Assembly (NCBI GenBank): GCA_025999335.1
Contig: AP024681.1
Location: 227,656 to 291,655, forward strand
Direction of reading: 5' to 3'
DNA from: Candidatus Parcubacteria bacterium
Lineage (GTDB): Bacteria > Patescibacteriota > Minisyncoccia > UBA6257 > HR35
Length of the DNA stretch: 64,000 bases
Below the pieces are notes generated by a model that saw nothing but the letters and a program-made list of their open reading frames with translations, did not search any database and was not told the origin of the DNA. Made by a program: the position numbers and the translations under genes. How positions within the stretch are numbered: position 1 is the stretch's first letter; each line of letters begins with the position of its first letter. Positions 54,215 to 64,000 of the stretch are shown here, piece after piece.

Positions 54215-55738
54215 ATGTCTGACATTTTAATACTAGGCAAATATATTTTCAGAAATCAATCTAAAGAATTCGGCATTAAAACTGCTGATCGCCGCAAACA
54301 TATGTATGTCATAGGCAAAACTGGACAAGGTAAGACAACTTTTTTAGAGAATATGATTATTAATGATATTCTTAATAATAAAGGTTTAGCTTACTTTGAT
54401 CCCCACGGAGATAGCGTGCAAAAAATTCTCGATTTTATACCTAAAAATAGAATTGATGATGTTATTTATTTCAATCCTATGGACATTAATCATCCAATGG
54501 GTTTCAATCCTTTAGAAAAAATTCAATGGGAGCAAAGGCATTTAATAGCTCTTAGCTTATTATCAGTTTTTAAAAAAATTTGGGTTGATGCTTGGTCAGC
54601 AAGAATGGAATATATTCTGCTTAATGCTTTGCTTGCTCTTATGGAAATACCTGGAGCAACAATGTTAGATATTAACCGAATGTTAGGTGATAAAAATTTT
54701 CGTAAAATGGTTGTTGCTAACTTAAAAGATAGCGTCGTTAAAAATTTTTGGTTAAAAGAATTTGAAAAATACCATCAACAATTTCAAGTTGAAGCCGTAG
54801 CGCCAATTCAAAATAAAGTCGGACAATTTATAACTAATCCTTTAATAAGAAATATTATTGGTCAAAAAGAATCAACGTTTAATTTAAGAGAAATACTTGA
54901 AGGTAGAAAAATATTTTTGGCTAACTTATCTTTGGGAGCCATAGGCGAAGCAACTTCGTCTTTATTAGGCGGTTTGCTTATTAGCAAACTCCAATTATCA
55001 GCAATGAGTAGAGTTGATTTGCCTGAAGATAAGAGAGAAGATTTTTATTTATATGTTGATGAATTTCAAAATTTTGCTACAGATTCATTTGTTAATATTT
55101 TATCAGAAGCTAGAAAATATGGATTAAATTTAATTATTAGCCATCAATATTTAGATCAAATAGATGAAAAAATCAGAAAATCTATTTTTGGCAACATAGG
55201 CACATTTATTATCTTTCGTTTAGGCACCGTTGACGCAGAAATATTCAGCAAAGAATTAAACAACATCGTTACTGTTGACAACCTTATTAATCTTCCAGCT
55301 TATCATATTTATGTTAAATTACTCATTGACAGTGAACCATCGCCGCCTTTTTTAGCAACAACCATACCCCCAGCGCAAAAACCAGATATTTCTTATAAAG
55401 AAGAGATTCTTGCTATCAACCATTTAAAATATGCTAAAAAAAGAGCAAGCATCGAAAAAATTATTAGCGAAACCTTTAAAGATAATATTAATATTGATAG
55501 ATCAAAAATTAAAACTCAACAATGCACTGTTTGTGGCAAAGAATTTGAATTATATTTAGACGAAGAGGACAATGTATGTTTAGAATGCAAAAACCAGATT
55601 CGCGGTGGCATTTCCTTGAAAAAAGCGATTGAAAAAGGTATAGTCATTATGCAGCCCAAAAAACAAACTCAAAAAGAAACAATTCCTGATCCCTTAGATG
55701 AAATACTTAAAAAGTTAAACGAAGAAAATAATAAATAA
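54215..55738 (+). CDS. TraG/VirD4/TraD-family (type IV coupling protein-like) ATPase with C-terminal zinc ribbon
   Basis: Walker A GKTGQGKTT followed by DPHGD; Walker B YLYVDEFQNF; ISHQYLDQIDEKIRKSIFGNIGTFIIFRLGTVDAEIFSKEL matches the T4CP HQS...Q...YG...N motif; C-terminal CTVCG...CLEC; no TM. Confidence 0.55.
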   Translation: MSDILILGKYIFRNQSKEFGIKTADRRKHMYVIGKTGQGKTTFLENMIINDILNNKGLAYFDPHGDSVQKILDFIPKNRIDDVIYFNPMDINHPMGFNPLEKIQWEQRHLIALSLLSVFKKIWVDAWSARMEYILLNALLALMEIPGATMLDINRMLGDKNFRKMVVANLKDSVVKNFWLKEFEKYHQQFQVEAVAPIQNKVGQFITNPLIRNIIGQKESTFNLREILEGRKIFLANLSLGAIGEATSSLLGGLLISKLQLSAMSRVDLPEDKREDFYLYVDEFQNFATDSFVNILSEARKYGLNLIISHQYLDQIDEKIRKSIFGNIGTFIIFRLGTVDAEIFSKELNNIVTVDNLINLPAYHIYVKLLIDSEPSPPFLATTIPPAQKPDISYKEEILAINHLKYAKKRASIEKIISETFKDNINIDRSKIKTQQCTVCGKEFELYLDEEDNVCLECKNQIRGGISLKKAIEKGIVIMQPKKQTQKETIPDPLDEILKKLNEENNK

Positions 55739-55744
55739 TAAAAA

Positions 55745-57421
55745 ATGAACCAGCAATCAAAAAATAATAATCTTGATATTTTGGATATAGCTCAAAAATA
55801 TCTTAAATTAACTAAAAAAGGTAAATATTTTACCAGCCTTTGCCCTTTTCACCAAGAAAAAAAGCCTTCTTTTTATATCTCTCCAGAGATGCAAATATTT
55901 AAGTGTTTTGGCTGTGGCGAAAGTGGTAATGCTATTAAATTATTAATGAAATTAGAAAATATTGATTATCGACAAGCAATAACTTTGCTAAAAAATGAAT
56001 TTAATATTGACTATCAAAAATATAAAACAAAACAAGTACTCTCGCCAGAAATGAAATTATTAATAGAAATGAATTATGCGGCGCTAAAATTTTTCAAACA
56101 ACAACTACGCCAAAACCAAGAAGCTATTGATTATTTAATAAGCCGCGGCATTAATCAAGAAACAATTGATGAATTTGAATTAGGTTTTGCTCCTGGCGGC
56201 AATCTTTTAAGAGATTATTTGCATTCTCTTGGCTATGAATTAAAAGATATTAAAAAAAATGGATTGGTTGATGAACAACATAATGATCGCTTTCAATCTC
56301 GTATAATTTTTCCTTTAAAAGATGAAAATTTCCGTTTAATAGGTTTTACTGGCAGATTATTTAAAAAAAATTTTGGACCAAAATATCTTAACACGCCTGA
56401 CACACCTTTATTTTCTAAATCATCATTCCTTTATGGATTAAGTTACGCTAAAGACTATATCCTGCAAACAAAAAAAGTTATAATGGTTGAAGGACAATTT
56501 GATTTTTTGTTAAGTTGGGTTAATAATTATAAAAACACAGTTGCGATTTCAGGGTCAGCTTTGACTGAAAATCATCTTAGAAAACTTTCTCGCTACTGTC
56601 AAACAATTGTTTTTGCTTTCGATAATGACGAAAGCGGTTTCAAAGCAACATTGCGAGCAAATATTTTAGCCCGCCAACTTGGTATGGAAACATATCAATT
56701 AAATTATGACGCTAAAGATTTAGGTGAATATTTTTTAGAAAAAAAACAACCTCTTACTGAAACTAAATTTACCGATTTTTTAATAGATTTTTTAGTTAAT
56801 AAATATAACCATCAATATGAAAAAATACTACCTATCTTATTACCACATATTAAAGTTCTTAAGCCTTTAGAAAGTCATCAATATTTAGATAAAATATCAA
56901 AAGAATTTGGCATTCCTAAAAATATCTTGGAAAAAGAAATTAATGATATTATAATTAATAATTATCCATCGCCACTAGCATCCGAACCGTCTTCACAGCC
57001 TATTATAGATCAAGTACCAAACATTAATGTTGAATCAGCCTTAATTGATTCTTTAAGTTTAAAAATTATTAATCTAATATATGCCTTTGGCAAGACTGAT
57101 AACATCGATATCGCCAAAATCAAAAAAATAATACCTAAAAAATTTAAAAAATTATTTAATAATATAATTAGTAATAACCTTGATGATGAAAATAAACCTT
57201 ATTTTGAAATGGCTAAAGATTATTATCAACAACAAAAAATTAATTACCAACGGGAAATTACAAAAAGCGTTAATTATTTAGAAAAATTAATAATTAAAAA
57301 CAAAATTAAAATATTAAACAATAAATTAGAAAATATTAATAACAATAATCGCGATAAAATAATAAAGACAATTAAAAACTTGGTAGAACAATTAAAAATA
57401 ATCGAAAAAAACAATGCCTAG
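55745..57421 (+). CDS. dnaG: DNA primase
   Basis: CHC2 zinc finger ([14 protein letters not shown]...KCFGCGESG) and TOPRIM (MVEGQFD...DNDESG). Confidence 0.85.
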   Translation: MNQQSKNNNLDILDIAQKYLKLTKKGKYFTSLCPFHQEKKPSFYISPEMQIFKCFGCGESGNAIKLLMKLENIDYRQAITLLKNEFNIDYQKYKTKQVLSPEMKLLIEMNYAALKFFKQQLRQNQEAIDYLISRGINQETIDEFELGFAPGGNLLRDYLHSLGYELKDIKKNGLVDEQHNDRFQSRIIFPLKDENFRLIGFTGRLFKKNFGPKYLNTPDTPLFSKSSFLYGLSYAKDYILQTKKVIMVEGQFDFLLSWVNNYKNTVAISGSALTENHLRKLSRYCQTIVFAFDNDESGFKATLRANILARQLGMETYQLNYDAKDLGEYFLEKKQPLTETKFTDFLIDFLVNKYNHQYEKILPILLPHIKVLKPLESHQYLDKISKEFGIPKNILEKEINDIIINNYPSPLASEPSSQPIIDQVPNINVESALIDSLSLKIINLIYAFGKTDNIDIAKIKKIIPKKFKKLFNNIISNNLDDENKPYFEMAKDYYQQQKINYQREITKSVNYLEKLIIKNKIKILNNKLENINNNNRDKIIKTIKNLVEQLKIIEKNNA

Positions 57422-58529
57422 AAAAAAGAAACGCCCAACAGCTAAACCTAAAAAAAAGATTGAACAACAAAAAAATGATGTTATTGAAGAAAAAATAAAA
57501 ACTTTGCTTAATAAAGGTAAGGAAAAAGGATTCGTTACCGAAGACGAAATTCTTTATTTTTTTCCTGATATAGAAAAAAATATTGATATTCTAGAAAAAA
57601 TTTACGAAAGATTAGAAACATCGGGTTTAGAATTAAAAAGTAGTAGCGAGTTATGGCAGAATATTAATGAAAACGAATTAAATACAGCCTCAGGTGAATA
57701 TTTAACCGATGCCACGCAAAAATATTTAATTGAAATAGGCAAATACCCTCTTTTAAGCAATGAAGAAGAAAAAGAGTTGGCTAAAAAAGCTGCCAAAGGA
57801 GATTTAGAAGCCAGAGAACGTTTGATTAAATCTAATTTAAGATTGGTTGTCAGTTTTGCTAAAAAATATATAGGCAGAAGTAAAGGCTTGACTCTCTTAG
57901 ATTTAATCCAAGAAGGCAACATAGGATTAGCAAGAGCTGTTGATAAATTTGATTGGCGACGTGGCTTTAAATTTTCTACTTTTGCAACCTGGTGGATAAG
58001 ACAAGCAATTTCTAGGGCTTTGTCGGATCAAGCCCGAACTATTAGATTGCCGGTACATATTGTAGAAACTTTGTATAAACTTAATAAAGCAAAAAAAAGA
58101 TTAGCATCTATTTTGGATCGCGAACCAACTCCAGAAGAATTGGCTGCAGAAATGGGAATGCCTACAAATAAAATCCAAAAATTATTAAAATATGTTCCTG
58201 ATACTATATCTTTAGAAGCTCCTGTTGGCGAAGGCGAGTCAATGCTAAAAGAACTAATACCTGATACAGCAACATTTAGCCCTGAAAAATTAGCTTCATC
58301 AATTGCTCTACGAGAACAATTAAAAAAAGCCATCCAAAGCCTAAGCCCCAAAGAAAGACGTGTTATTAGCTTAAGATACGGCTTAGAAGATGGCGTCATT
58401 CACACTTTAGAGGAAATTGGCAAATTGTATGGCATTACCCGTGAAAGAGTAAGACAGATAGAGATTAAAGCTTTAGAAAAATTAAAACATAATGAATTAA
58501 TTAAAAAAATTAAAGAGCAAGGAGTTTAA
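57414..58529 (+). CDS. rpoD: RNA polymerase sigma-70 factor (primary-type)
   Basis: Regions 2-4 present ([49 protein letters not shown]). Confidence 0.85.
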   Translation: MPRKKKRPTAKPKKKIEQQKNDVIEEKIKTLLNKGKEKGFVTEDEILYFFPDIEKNIDILEKIYERLETSGLELKSSSELWQNINENELNTASGEYLTDATQKYLIEIGKYPLLSNEEEKELAKKAAKGDLEARERLIKSNLRLVVSFAKKYIGRSKGLTLLDLIQEGNIGLARAVDKFDWRRGFKFSTFATWWIRQAISRALSDQARTIRLPVHIVETLYKLNKAKKRLASILDREPTPEELAAEMGMPTNKIQKLLKYVPDTISLEAPVGEGESMLKELIPDTATFSPEKLASSIALREQLKKAIQSLSPKERRVISLRYGLEDGVIHTLEEIGKLYGITRERVRQIEIKALEKLKHNELIKKIKEQGV

Positions 58530-58536
58530 TTGCATA

Positions 58537-59640
58537 ATGTTCTATCATAAATATAGGCCACAATTTTTTAAAGAAGTTATTGGCCAAGATTTGGTTATAA
58601 AAATTTTGCAAAATTTTTTAAGATCAGGAATTATACCGCATGCTTATCTTTTTAGTGGCGACAAAGGAACAGGCAAGACAACTTTAGCTAGAATTTTTGC
58701 TAAAGCAGTTAATTGTCAAAATATTAACACCGAAAAACAAAATATCGAACCATGCGACCAATGCTTTACTTGTAAATTATTTAAACAAAATAAATTTTTA
58801 GACATTATTGAACTAGACGCTGCTTCTAATCGTAAAATAGATGATATTCGTCATATCCAAGAACACATTGGCTTTCATCCTCTGCAAGGCAAGTATAAAG
58901 TGTTTATCATTGATGAAGCTCATTCTTTAACTGAAGAAGCTTCCAATGCCCTTTTAAAAACTTTAGAAGAACCACCGAAACATGCTTTATTTATTTTAGC
59001 CACAACTGAAGCTAACAAAATATTACCCACGGTTTTATCTCGTGTGCAAAGACTTGATTTCAAGAAAATACCAGCTAAAAAAATTTTTGAAAAATTAAAA
59101 AAAATATGCGCGGCAGAAAAAATTAAATACGAAGAAAGCGCTTTATTAATGATTGCTGAAGAAGCTGAAGGATCATTGCGAGATGCAGAAACTTTATTAG
59201 AAAGAATTTCTTTAAGTTTAGCGCCCCAAGAAATTCTTAGTGAAGATATTGTTAATGATTTTCTGGGTTATTTAAACACAAATAAAATATTAGAATTTAT
59301 AGAATTAGTTACTAATAAAAAAATAAAAGAAAGCATCAATTTTTTAGAAGAAATTTATAGTAAAGGTTTTGATATGGTTTTGTTTCTTAAATCCGTACTT
59401 ATAATGTTGAAAAAAATAACTTTATCTAAAATAGATGAAAGTTACCTTAAACATCTAACCTTTGAAAAATCACAAGAAACAATAGAGCGTATTAAAAAAA
59501 TAAATCAACAATTAACTATTGAAGATTTAAAAAATTTACAACAAGTTTTACTAAAAGCTAATCAACAATTACGTTATGAATTACCTTCGCCAACTCTACC
59601 AATAGAACTTGCCTTAATAGAATATTTTCGGTTAAAATAA
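58537..59640 (+). CDS. dnaX: DNA polymerase III gamma/tau subunit (short form)
   Basis: Walker A GDKGTGKTT, zinc module CQN...CDQCFTC, DEAH box (IIDEAHSL), SRVQ; 367 aa. Confidence 0.8.
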   Translation: MFYHKYRPQFFKEVIGQDLVIKILQNFLRSGIIPHAYLFSGDKGTGKTTLARIFAKAVNCQNINTEKQNIEPCDQCFTCKLFKQNKFLDIIELDAASNRKIDDIRHIQEHIGFHPLQGKYKVFIIDEAHSLTEEASNALLKTLEEPPKHALFILATTEANKILPTVLSRVQRLDFKKIPAKKIFEKLKKICAAEKIKYEESALLMIAEEAEGSLRDAETLLERISLSLAPQEILSEDIVNDFLGYLNTNKILEFIELVTNKKIKESINFLEEIYSKGFDMVLFLKSVLIMLKKITLSKIDESYLKHLTFEKSQETIERIKKINQQLTIEDLKNLQQVLLKANQQLRYELPSPTLPIELALIEYFRLK

Positions 59641-59654
59641 ATAAAATCTTAAAT

Positions 59655-59725
59655 TGCGGGGTCGTCTAATGGTAGGACAGCGGCCTTTGGAGCCGTTAAT
59701 CTTGGTTCGAATCCAAGCCCCGCAG
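59655..59725 (+). tRNA. tRNA-Gln (anticodon TTG)
   Basis: TGCGGGGTCGTCTAATGGTAGGACAGCGGCCTTTGGAGCCGTTAATCTTGGTTCGAATCCAAGCCCCGCAG; U1:A72 pair typical of bacterial tRNA-Gln; anticodon loop CTTTGGA. Confidence 0.65.
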
Positions 59726-59831
59726 CTAGCAAGAAAAAATTAAAGTCATCCGTCAATTTTTGTTGACTGACAACTAAATTGACCATAATTTGTAACAAAA
59801 AAATCATTTGGTTCTTTTGTTTTAATATATA

Positions 59832-60065
59832 ATGTTAAAAAGGATTGAAAAAGGTGAAGCTAATGAAATTTTAAATTGGTATCCGAATCACCTAACTAGA
59901 AATTCAATAAATGTCGGTAAAATAATTTATATGATAGATAAAGGTTTAGTTAAATCTCTCAAGTTTCCCACTTTTAGTTTAAATCAATGCTACAAGGATT
60001 ATTTATGCTTCAAATTGCTTTTAAGCAAAGCAAATATTGCTTCGATAATCTTTCATAATTTTTGA
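59832..60065 (+). CDS. Hypothetical small protein
   Basis: 77-aa ORF in the islet after tRNA-Gln; no motif recognised. Confidence 0.2.
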   Translation: MLKRIEKGEANEILNWYPNHLTRNSINVGKIIYMIDKGLVKSLKFPTFSLNQCYKDYLCFKLLLSKANIASIIFHNF

Positions 60066-60087
60066 AGAAAGAAAAATATTTTATAAA

Positions 60088-60789
60088 ATGTTTGAAGATT
60101 TAAAACCTAATCCAGGCAAAAATTTAAATATTGAGGTTGATAATCATATATATGCTCGGTTCCCTATTAAAACTCACATAATAACCAAAGAAGATGATAT
60201 TGTTGATGTTTGCAAAAAATACGCCAAGCCGTATTTGCAAAACGGTGATCTGCTTTTTGTAAGCGAACGGATTGTTACTATTAGTCAAGGTCGGGCTTTT
60301 CCGATAAAAGACATTAAGCCATCATTTCTCGCGAAATTTTTGGTAAAGTTTGTTCATAAATCACCTTATGGCATTGGCTTGGGCAGTCCCTGGACAATGG
60401 AACTAGCAATTAGAGAAGCAGGTGCATTGAGAATAATTATCGGCGCACTGGCTGCCGCAATTACTAAACCTTTTGGCATTAGGGGCATTTTTTATAAAGT
60501 TGTTGGCAAAAATATAAATGCAATTGATGGTCCGTGTGATTACACGCTTCCACCCTACAATCAATACGCTAAACTTGGACCGGCAGAACCGGAAAAAGTG
60601 GCAAAAAAATTAAAGATGGAATTGAATAATGATGTTGTTATTATTGATGCTAATGATTTAGGCGTTGCTGTTTTGGGAAAATCTAGCAAATCTATTTCGG
60701 ACTCTTTCTGTAAAAATGTATTTAGGGATAATCCCCTGGGACAATCATCTGAGCAAACTCCGCTTTGCATTGTTAGAAAAATAAATTGA
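60088..60789 (+). CDS. CofE-like (F420-0:gamma-glutamyl ligase family) protein, putative
   Basis: GDLLFVSERIVTISQGRAF... resembles the CofE-family core; noticeably higher GC and different codon use (ctg/ccg/ggc) than its neighbours. Confidence 0.35.
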   Translation: MFEDLKPNPGKNLNIEVDNHIYARFPIKTHIITKEDDIVDVCKKYAKPYLQNGDLLFVSERIVTISQGRAFPIKDIKPSFLAKFLVKFVHKSPYGIGLGSPWTMELAIREAGALRIIIGALAAAITKPFGIRGIFYKVVGKNINAIDGPCDYTLPPYNQYAKLGPAEPEKVAKKLKMELNNDVVIIDANDLGVAVLGKSSKSISDSFCKNVFRDNPLGQSSEQTPLCIVRKIN

Positions 60790-61061
60790 ATTGCCGCCAA
60801 AGAAAAAGTTAAAATTGTCATCGGTGCAACTTTATCGCATTTTTAGATTTTCACTAGAAACTTTCCTAAGCACCGCTGATGGTTAAATATGTTTGAACTA
60901 TTTTTAGTATAGACAACGAAATCTCCTCAATTCGTATTTCTAAATTTCTAATTTCTAAAATTATTTGCTTTAAACTAAAGGCTAAATCTGTTAAAATAAT
61001 ATTGGAGATTTAAATTATCGCTTTATAATCAATAATTTACATTAAATAATAAAATTTTATT

Positions 61062-61400
61062 ATGACTGCCGCTCGTTTTTTTGCTCTCCTTATTGGAGGC
61101 ATAATAATGCTACCTCTCGCTGTAGCCGTAGATTTTCTTTTAGAGCCTGCGCTTGGAACATTAAGTTTTGGCATAATAAGTTATTTATTAGATGCTATAA
61201 TGGGAGGTTTGTATTTCTTTTGGAGTATTTTTATTGATTACTATAATTCTAATAAACCGGGCTTAAAAAAATCAGTTATTCAATCGGCGAAAAAATTAAT
61301 TGTAGTTGCTACTGGTGAAGCAATTCCTTTTCTGGGAGATATTATGCCATTTTGGACTTTACGAGTTGCTTTAGAAATGTACAATCTTATTAAAGTATAA
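61062..61400 (+). CDS. Small membrane protein, unknown
   Basis: 112 aa, three hydrophobic helices. Confidence 0.3.
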   Translation: MTAARFFALLIGGIIMLPLAVAVDFLLEPALGTLSFGIISYLLDAIMGGLYFFWSIFIDYYNSNKPGLKKSVIQSAKKLIVVATGEAIPFLGDIMPFWTLRVALEMYNLIKV

Positions 61401-61447
61401 TCCGAATAACTTTTAAGAAAATTAAAAATTTGTTAAAATATATAATT

Positions 61448-61567
61448 ATGAAAAGTAATTTAAAACAAAAAAGAAAAGTTGGTTTTTTAAAACGCAGTGC
61501 TCGCAAAAGTGGTAGAAAAATCTTACAAAGACGTAGACGAAAGGGTAGAAAAAAACTGAGTGTTTAA
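61448..61567 (+). CDS. rpmH: 50S ribosomal protein L34
   Basis: Translated by hand: MKSNLKQKRKVGFLKRSARKSGRKILQRRRRKGRKKLSV (39 aa, L34 consensus). Below the ORF-track size cutoff; immediately upstream of rnpA. Confidence 0.8.
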   Translation: MKSNLKQKRKVGFLKRSARKSGRKILQRRRRKGRKKLSV

Positions 61568-61898
61568 AATATCTTTAATGCTTAAAAAGCAATTCCGACT
61601 TGATGGTAAAACTATTAAAAATTTATTTGCCGGCAAATTAAAAAAAATAAGCAACGGTAATTTTACTATTTTGTATACGCCCAATAATTTAAAACATTGC
61701 CGTTTTACTGTTATTTGCAAAAAAGAAAACTTTAAAAAAGCAACCCTTCGTAATAAAATTAAAAGACAAATCTATTCTTTACTTTTCCGTTTGATAAAAA
61801 ATAACTTTTTTAAACAAAACTATGATTGTATAATAATTATTAATCAAACAATTAACGATTATCAATCATTAATTAACCTATTAGAAAAAATATTTTAA
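61560..61898 (+). CDS. rnpA: Ribonuclease P protein component
   Basis: Basic protein directly after rpmH (conserved rpmH-rnpA-yidC order); LKKQFRL...RNKIKRQIY pattern. The true start may be the Met at about 61578. Confidence 0.65.
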   Translation: MFKISLMLKKQFRLDGKTIKNLFAGKLKKISNGNFTILYTPNNLKHCRFTVICKKENFKKATLRNKIKRQIYSLLFRLIKNNFFKQNYDCIIIINQTINDYQSLINLLEKIF

Positions 61899-61907
61899 AA
61901 ACTTACA

Positions 61908-62555
61908 ATGATTAGCGAAATTTTTGGTTTGTTTAAAGACGGAGTTATTGGTATTATTTTAATATTTTATAAATATTTTAATGATTTAACTCTTGCTATT
62001 ATTGTTTTCACTCTTGTTTTAAAAATTTTAACTTTGCCTTTTAGCTTTTTATCATTCGTTGAAGAAAAAAAAATAAAAAAACTGCAACCAAAAATTAAAG
62101 AGATCTTTAAAAAATATAAAGGTGATATTATTAAACAAAACGAGGAATTAAATAAAATTTACCGCCAAGAAAATTATAAACCTCTCCTTTCCATTTTCTA
62201 TCAACTAATTCCTATGTTCATCATTATTGTTGTACTTACAGCTTTTAATAACATTATTAAAATGCCTAACATTAATAAAATAAGTTTTAATTTTTTAAAT
62301 TTATCCCAAAAAAATGTTTTTCTTTTTATTATTTTATTAATTACTCAACTTTTAACAATTAGAGAAATGAACAAAGACCAAAGAAAAATATTTTTAGGCA
62401 TATTTATTTTAATAGCTTTTGTTTTATATAATTTCCCGGCTATTATTCAAATATATCTTATAACCTATTTTAGTTTATCGCTAATTGAGAAATATTTATT
62501 CAACTTTTATTATATAAAAAAGCCTGTCACTCCTATTCCAAAAAATAATCCCTAA
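61908..62555 (+). CDS. yidC: Membrane protein insertase YidC (short form)
   Basis: LPFSFLSF...KKLQPKIKEIFKKYKGD...NKIYRQENYKPLLSIFYQLIPMFI matches the YidC/Oxa1 core (L.PL...KMQ.LQPKI...Y.....NP..GCLP.L.Q.P.F); follows rnpA. Confidence 0.65.
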   Translation: MISEIFGLFKDGVIGIILIFYKYFNDLTLAIIVFTLVLKILTLPFSFLSFVEEKKIKKLQPKIKEIFKKYKGDIIKQNEELNKIYRQENYKPLLSIFYQLIPMFIIIVVLTAFNNIIKMPNINKISFNFLNLSQKNVFLFIILLITQLLTIREMNKDQRKIFLGIFILIAFVLYNFPAIIQIYLITYFSLSLIEKYLFNFYYIKKPVTPIPKNNP

Positions 62556-63701
62556 AGGCGTACGCATTGGTTTAACAACATCGAAATTGCCATTTAAACT
62601 AATTTCTTTAGTCTCTGAAGTTTGAGGATCGAAAATTACTAATTTTGTATCATTGCTTGGTTGTAATAAATGCCATGTTTCCGGATCAAAATCGCTTTTA
62701 TCATTAACACCACAAATTAATACATCCTTAAACGAACATTTGTCGCTAACAATAGCCCAAGGAAAAGATGTTAAGACTTCTTGATTTTTAACCTTCATAA
62801 CAACTGTTTGATTATTAGATGTTAAATTATTAAAATAGCTAATCAATAAAAAATTATTATCCGAGCTAGGCAGTAAAGCATAAGTTTTATCTATATCGGA
62901 AAATAAACGAAGAACTGGAGATTTTGATAAATCAAGAAAAAAAATTGGATTGTTTTTCTCATAAATAAAAATTCCGTTTTTAAAAGCAACTAAATCAGCA
63001 TTTAAAATACCTAAATTTCTTATTTTATTCGATTTATGATTTACTAAATCGTAATCTGCTAAATAAGAATAAGATTCATCATTGCTTATATATAAAATTA
63101 ATTTATTACTCAAAAACACTAAATTTTTAGTAAAAGGAGGCAAAGATTTTATAACATCAGCGTCAATGTCAACTAAAGTAAATATATCTCTCTGTTTAAA
63201 AATTAACTGATTTTTATTAGGAGAAATAAATATTTTTTCAAAATTATAAGTGTTTAGATTATTACTTGGATTATAGATTTCTTTTATTTGAATATTTTCT
63301 AAATCAGAAATATCGAAATATTTTACAATAAAATCACTAAAATCATAAGCATATATTTTAGGATAATCAATATCAATCAAAAATAGCTGCTGCTTAAATA
63401 AAGTTTGGTAATTTTGATTAGGTGAAGACGTGACTATATCCGACTCTACTAACGGTGGTAGATCATAAATTGGCGGAATTGAAGATGTCGCCCTAATATC
63501 ATTTGACGATGAAGTGCCATTGGTTATAGGTCCTGTACCTGGTGGTATCACTCGTATAGAACCACCGCCAGGAGGTCTGTCAACATCTTGAATATTAACA
63601 TTATTATTTTGAACATTATTACGTGAAACAAAATAACCTATTAAAACAAGAATTAAAATTATCAAAACAACTATTATAATAATTAAATATTTTTTATCCA
63701 T
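62496..63701 (-). CDS. Membrane-anchored extracellular protein, unknown (Pro/Gly-rich linker + beta-rich domain)
   Basis: 401 aa; N-terminal TM (YLIIIIVVLIILILVLIGYFV), then a PPGGGSIRVIPPGTGP linker. Confidence 0.3.
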   Translation of the reverse strand: MDKKYLIIIIVVLIILILVLIGYFVSRNNVQNNNVNIQDVDRPPGGGSIRVIPPGTGPITNGTSSSNDIRATSSIPPIYDLPPLVESDIVTSSPNQNYQTLFKQQLFLIDIDYPKIYAYDFSDFIVKYFDISDLENIQIKEIYNPSNNLNTYNFEKIFISPNKNQLIFKQRDIFTLVDIDADVIKSLPPFTKNLVFLSNKLILYISNDESYSYLADYDLVNHKSNKIRNLGILNADLVAFKNGIFIYEKNNPIFFLDLSKSPVLRLFSDIDKTYALLPSSDNNFLLISYFNNLTSNNQTVVMKVKNQEVLTSFPWAIVSDKCSFKDVLICGVNDKSDFDPETWHLLQPSNDTKLVIFDPQTSETKEISLNGNFDVVKPMRTPLGIIFWNRSDRLFYIIKVE

Positions 63702-63744
63702 TAATATTATTTTAAAACAATTTTTTTAAATTAATTATAAAAAG

Positions 63745-64000
63745 TTATCGCGACATAGGCTTGGTTTTGGTAAATATATGCAAATGACTACCGGTCCAAT
63801 CTTTTGATCCTTTTATGCGTCTTTCATCTAAAACAAAAAAACCACTTTCTAAAGATGCCTCAATGGCTTTTTGCCATCTCTCGTCATCTGGCGGTAGTTT
63901 TTTGCCTGACTCATCCACTATAATCAAATCAATAGCTGTTCCAAAAACAGTATGAGATTTTGAACTATGATCGCCAGCTGAATAACCATCAGTAATTTTA
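63745..64000 (-). CDS. M15-family (VanY-like) D-Ala-D-Ala carboxypeptidase, C-terminal part (gene runs past the window end)
   Basis: The reading frame stays open upstream of the listed start (the listed Met is a TTG). Extended translation ...SKSHTVFGTAIDLIIVDE... contains the SxHxxGxAxD zinc-binding motif, and a later GSHLH. Confidence 0.45.
   Translation of the reverse strand, partial: KITDGYSAGDHSSKSHTVFGTAIDLIIVDESGKKLPPDDERWQKAIEASLESGFFVLDERRIKGSKDWTGSHLHIFTKTKPMSR

Noticed and set aside
59746-59761. GTCAA-TTTTTG-TTGAC inverted repeat after tRNA-Gln as a terminator
   Set aside because: The stem is only 5 bp and AT-rich with no following T-tract. It is more likely chance or a -35-like TTGAC element.

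Overview
The window is AT-rich (roughly 30% GC by eye) and gene-dense, with many 4-bp ATGA start/stop overlaps. It looks like a small-genome bacterium; I infer Candidate Phyla Radiation / Patescibacteria from composition and gene content, not from any search.

Core housekeeping genes dominate:
- Cell wall: the 5' end of metG at the window edge, then murA, mraY and a PBP5-like DD-carboxypeptidase.
- str operon on the minus strand: rpmB-rpsL-rpsG-rpsR-fusA.
- Other ribosomal proteins: rpsU, rplT, rplS, rpsT, rpmH.
- Chaperones: groES/groEL, plus an hsp20-grpE-dnaK-(membrane protein)-J-domain cluster.
- Replication and repair: ligA, dnaE, dnaG, dnaX, a putative holA, a short uvrC, and rnhB.
- RNA metabolism: RNase J, RNase Y, rnpA, thpR, and a second beta-CASP hydrolase.
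- Others: hisS, lepB, pth, thiI, gpmI, hup, secG, yidC, rpoD.
- Four tRNAs: Thr-GGT, Leu-CAG, Ser-GGA, Gln-TTG.

The accessory content is mostly type IV pilin-like genes in two places. Three are translationally coupled to the 3' end of fusA. Six more sit at 27.4-32.8 kb with a NUDIX hydrolase and a beta-CASP metallo-beta-lactamase-fold nuclease embedded among them.

The best candidate for an undescribed system is at 52.5-55.7 kb. A mucin-like Pro/Thr-rich small membrane protein with a strong terminator is followed by a 436-aa membrane protein and a TM-less 507-aa TraG/VirD4-like (type IV coupling protein family) ATPase with a C-terminal zinc ribbon. No relaxase, VirB4 or other T4SS genes accompany it, and it sits between the heat-shock operon and dnaG-rpoD.

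Other oddities:
- A GC-richer CofE-like gene in a small islet next to tRNA-Gln.
- A tandem duplication of the tRNA-Ser 3' end, next to a novel Cys-containing tail-anchored surface protein.
- ftsA followed by a 716-aa membrane-anchored repeat protein instead of ftsZ.
- An orphan family-5 solute-binding protein translationally coupled to a PilM/PilN-like fusion.
- rpsR relocated into the str operon.

No CRISPR array, rRNA, integrase or transposase was seen.
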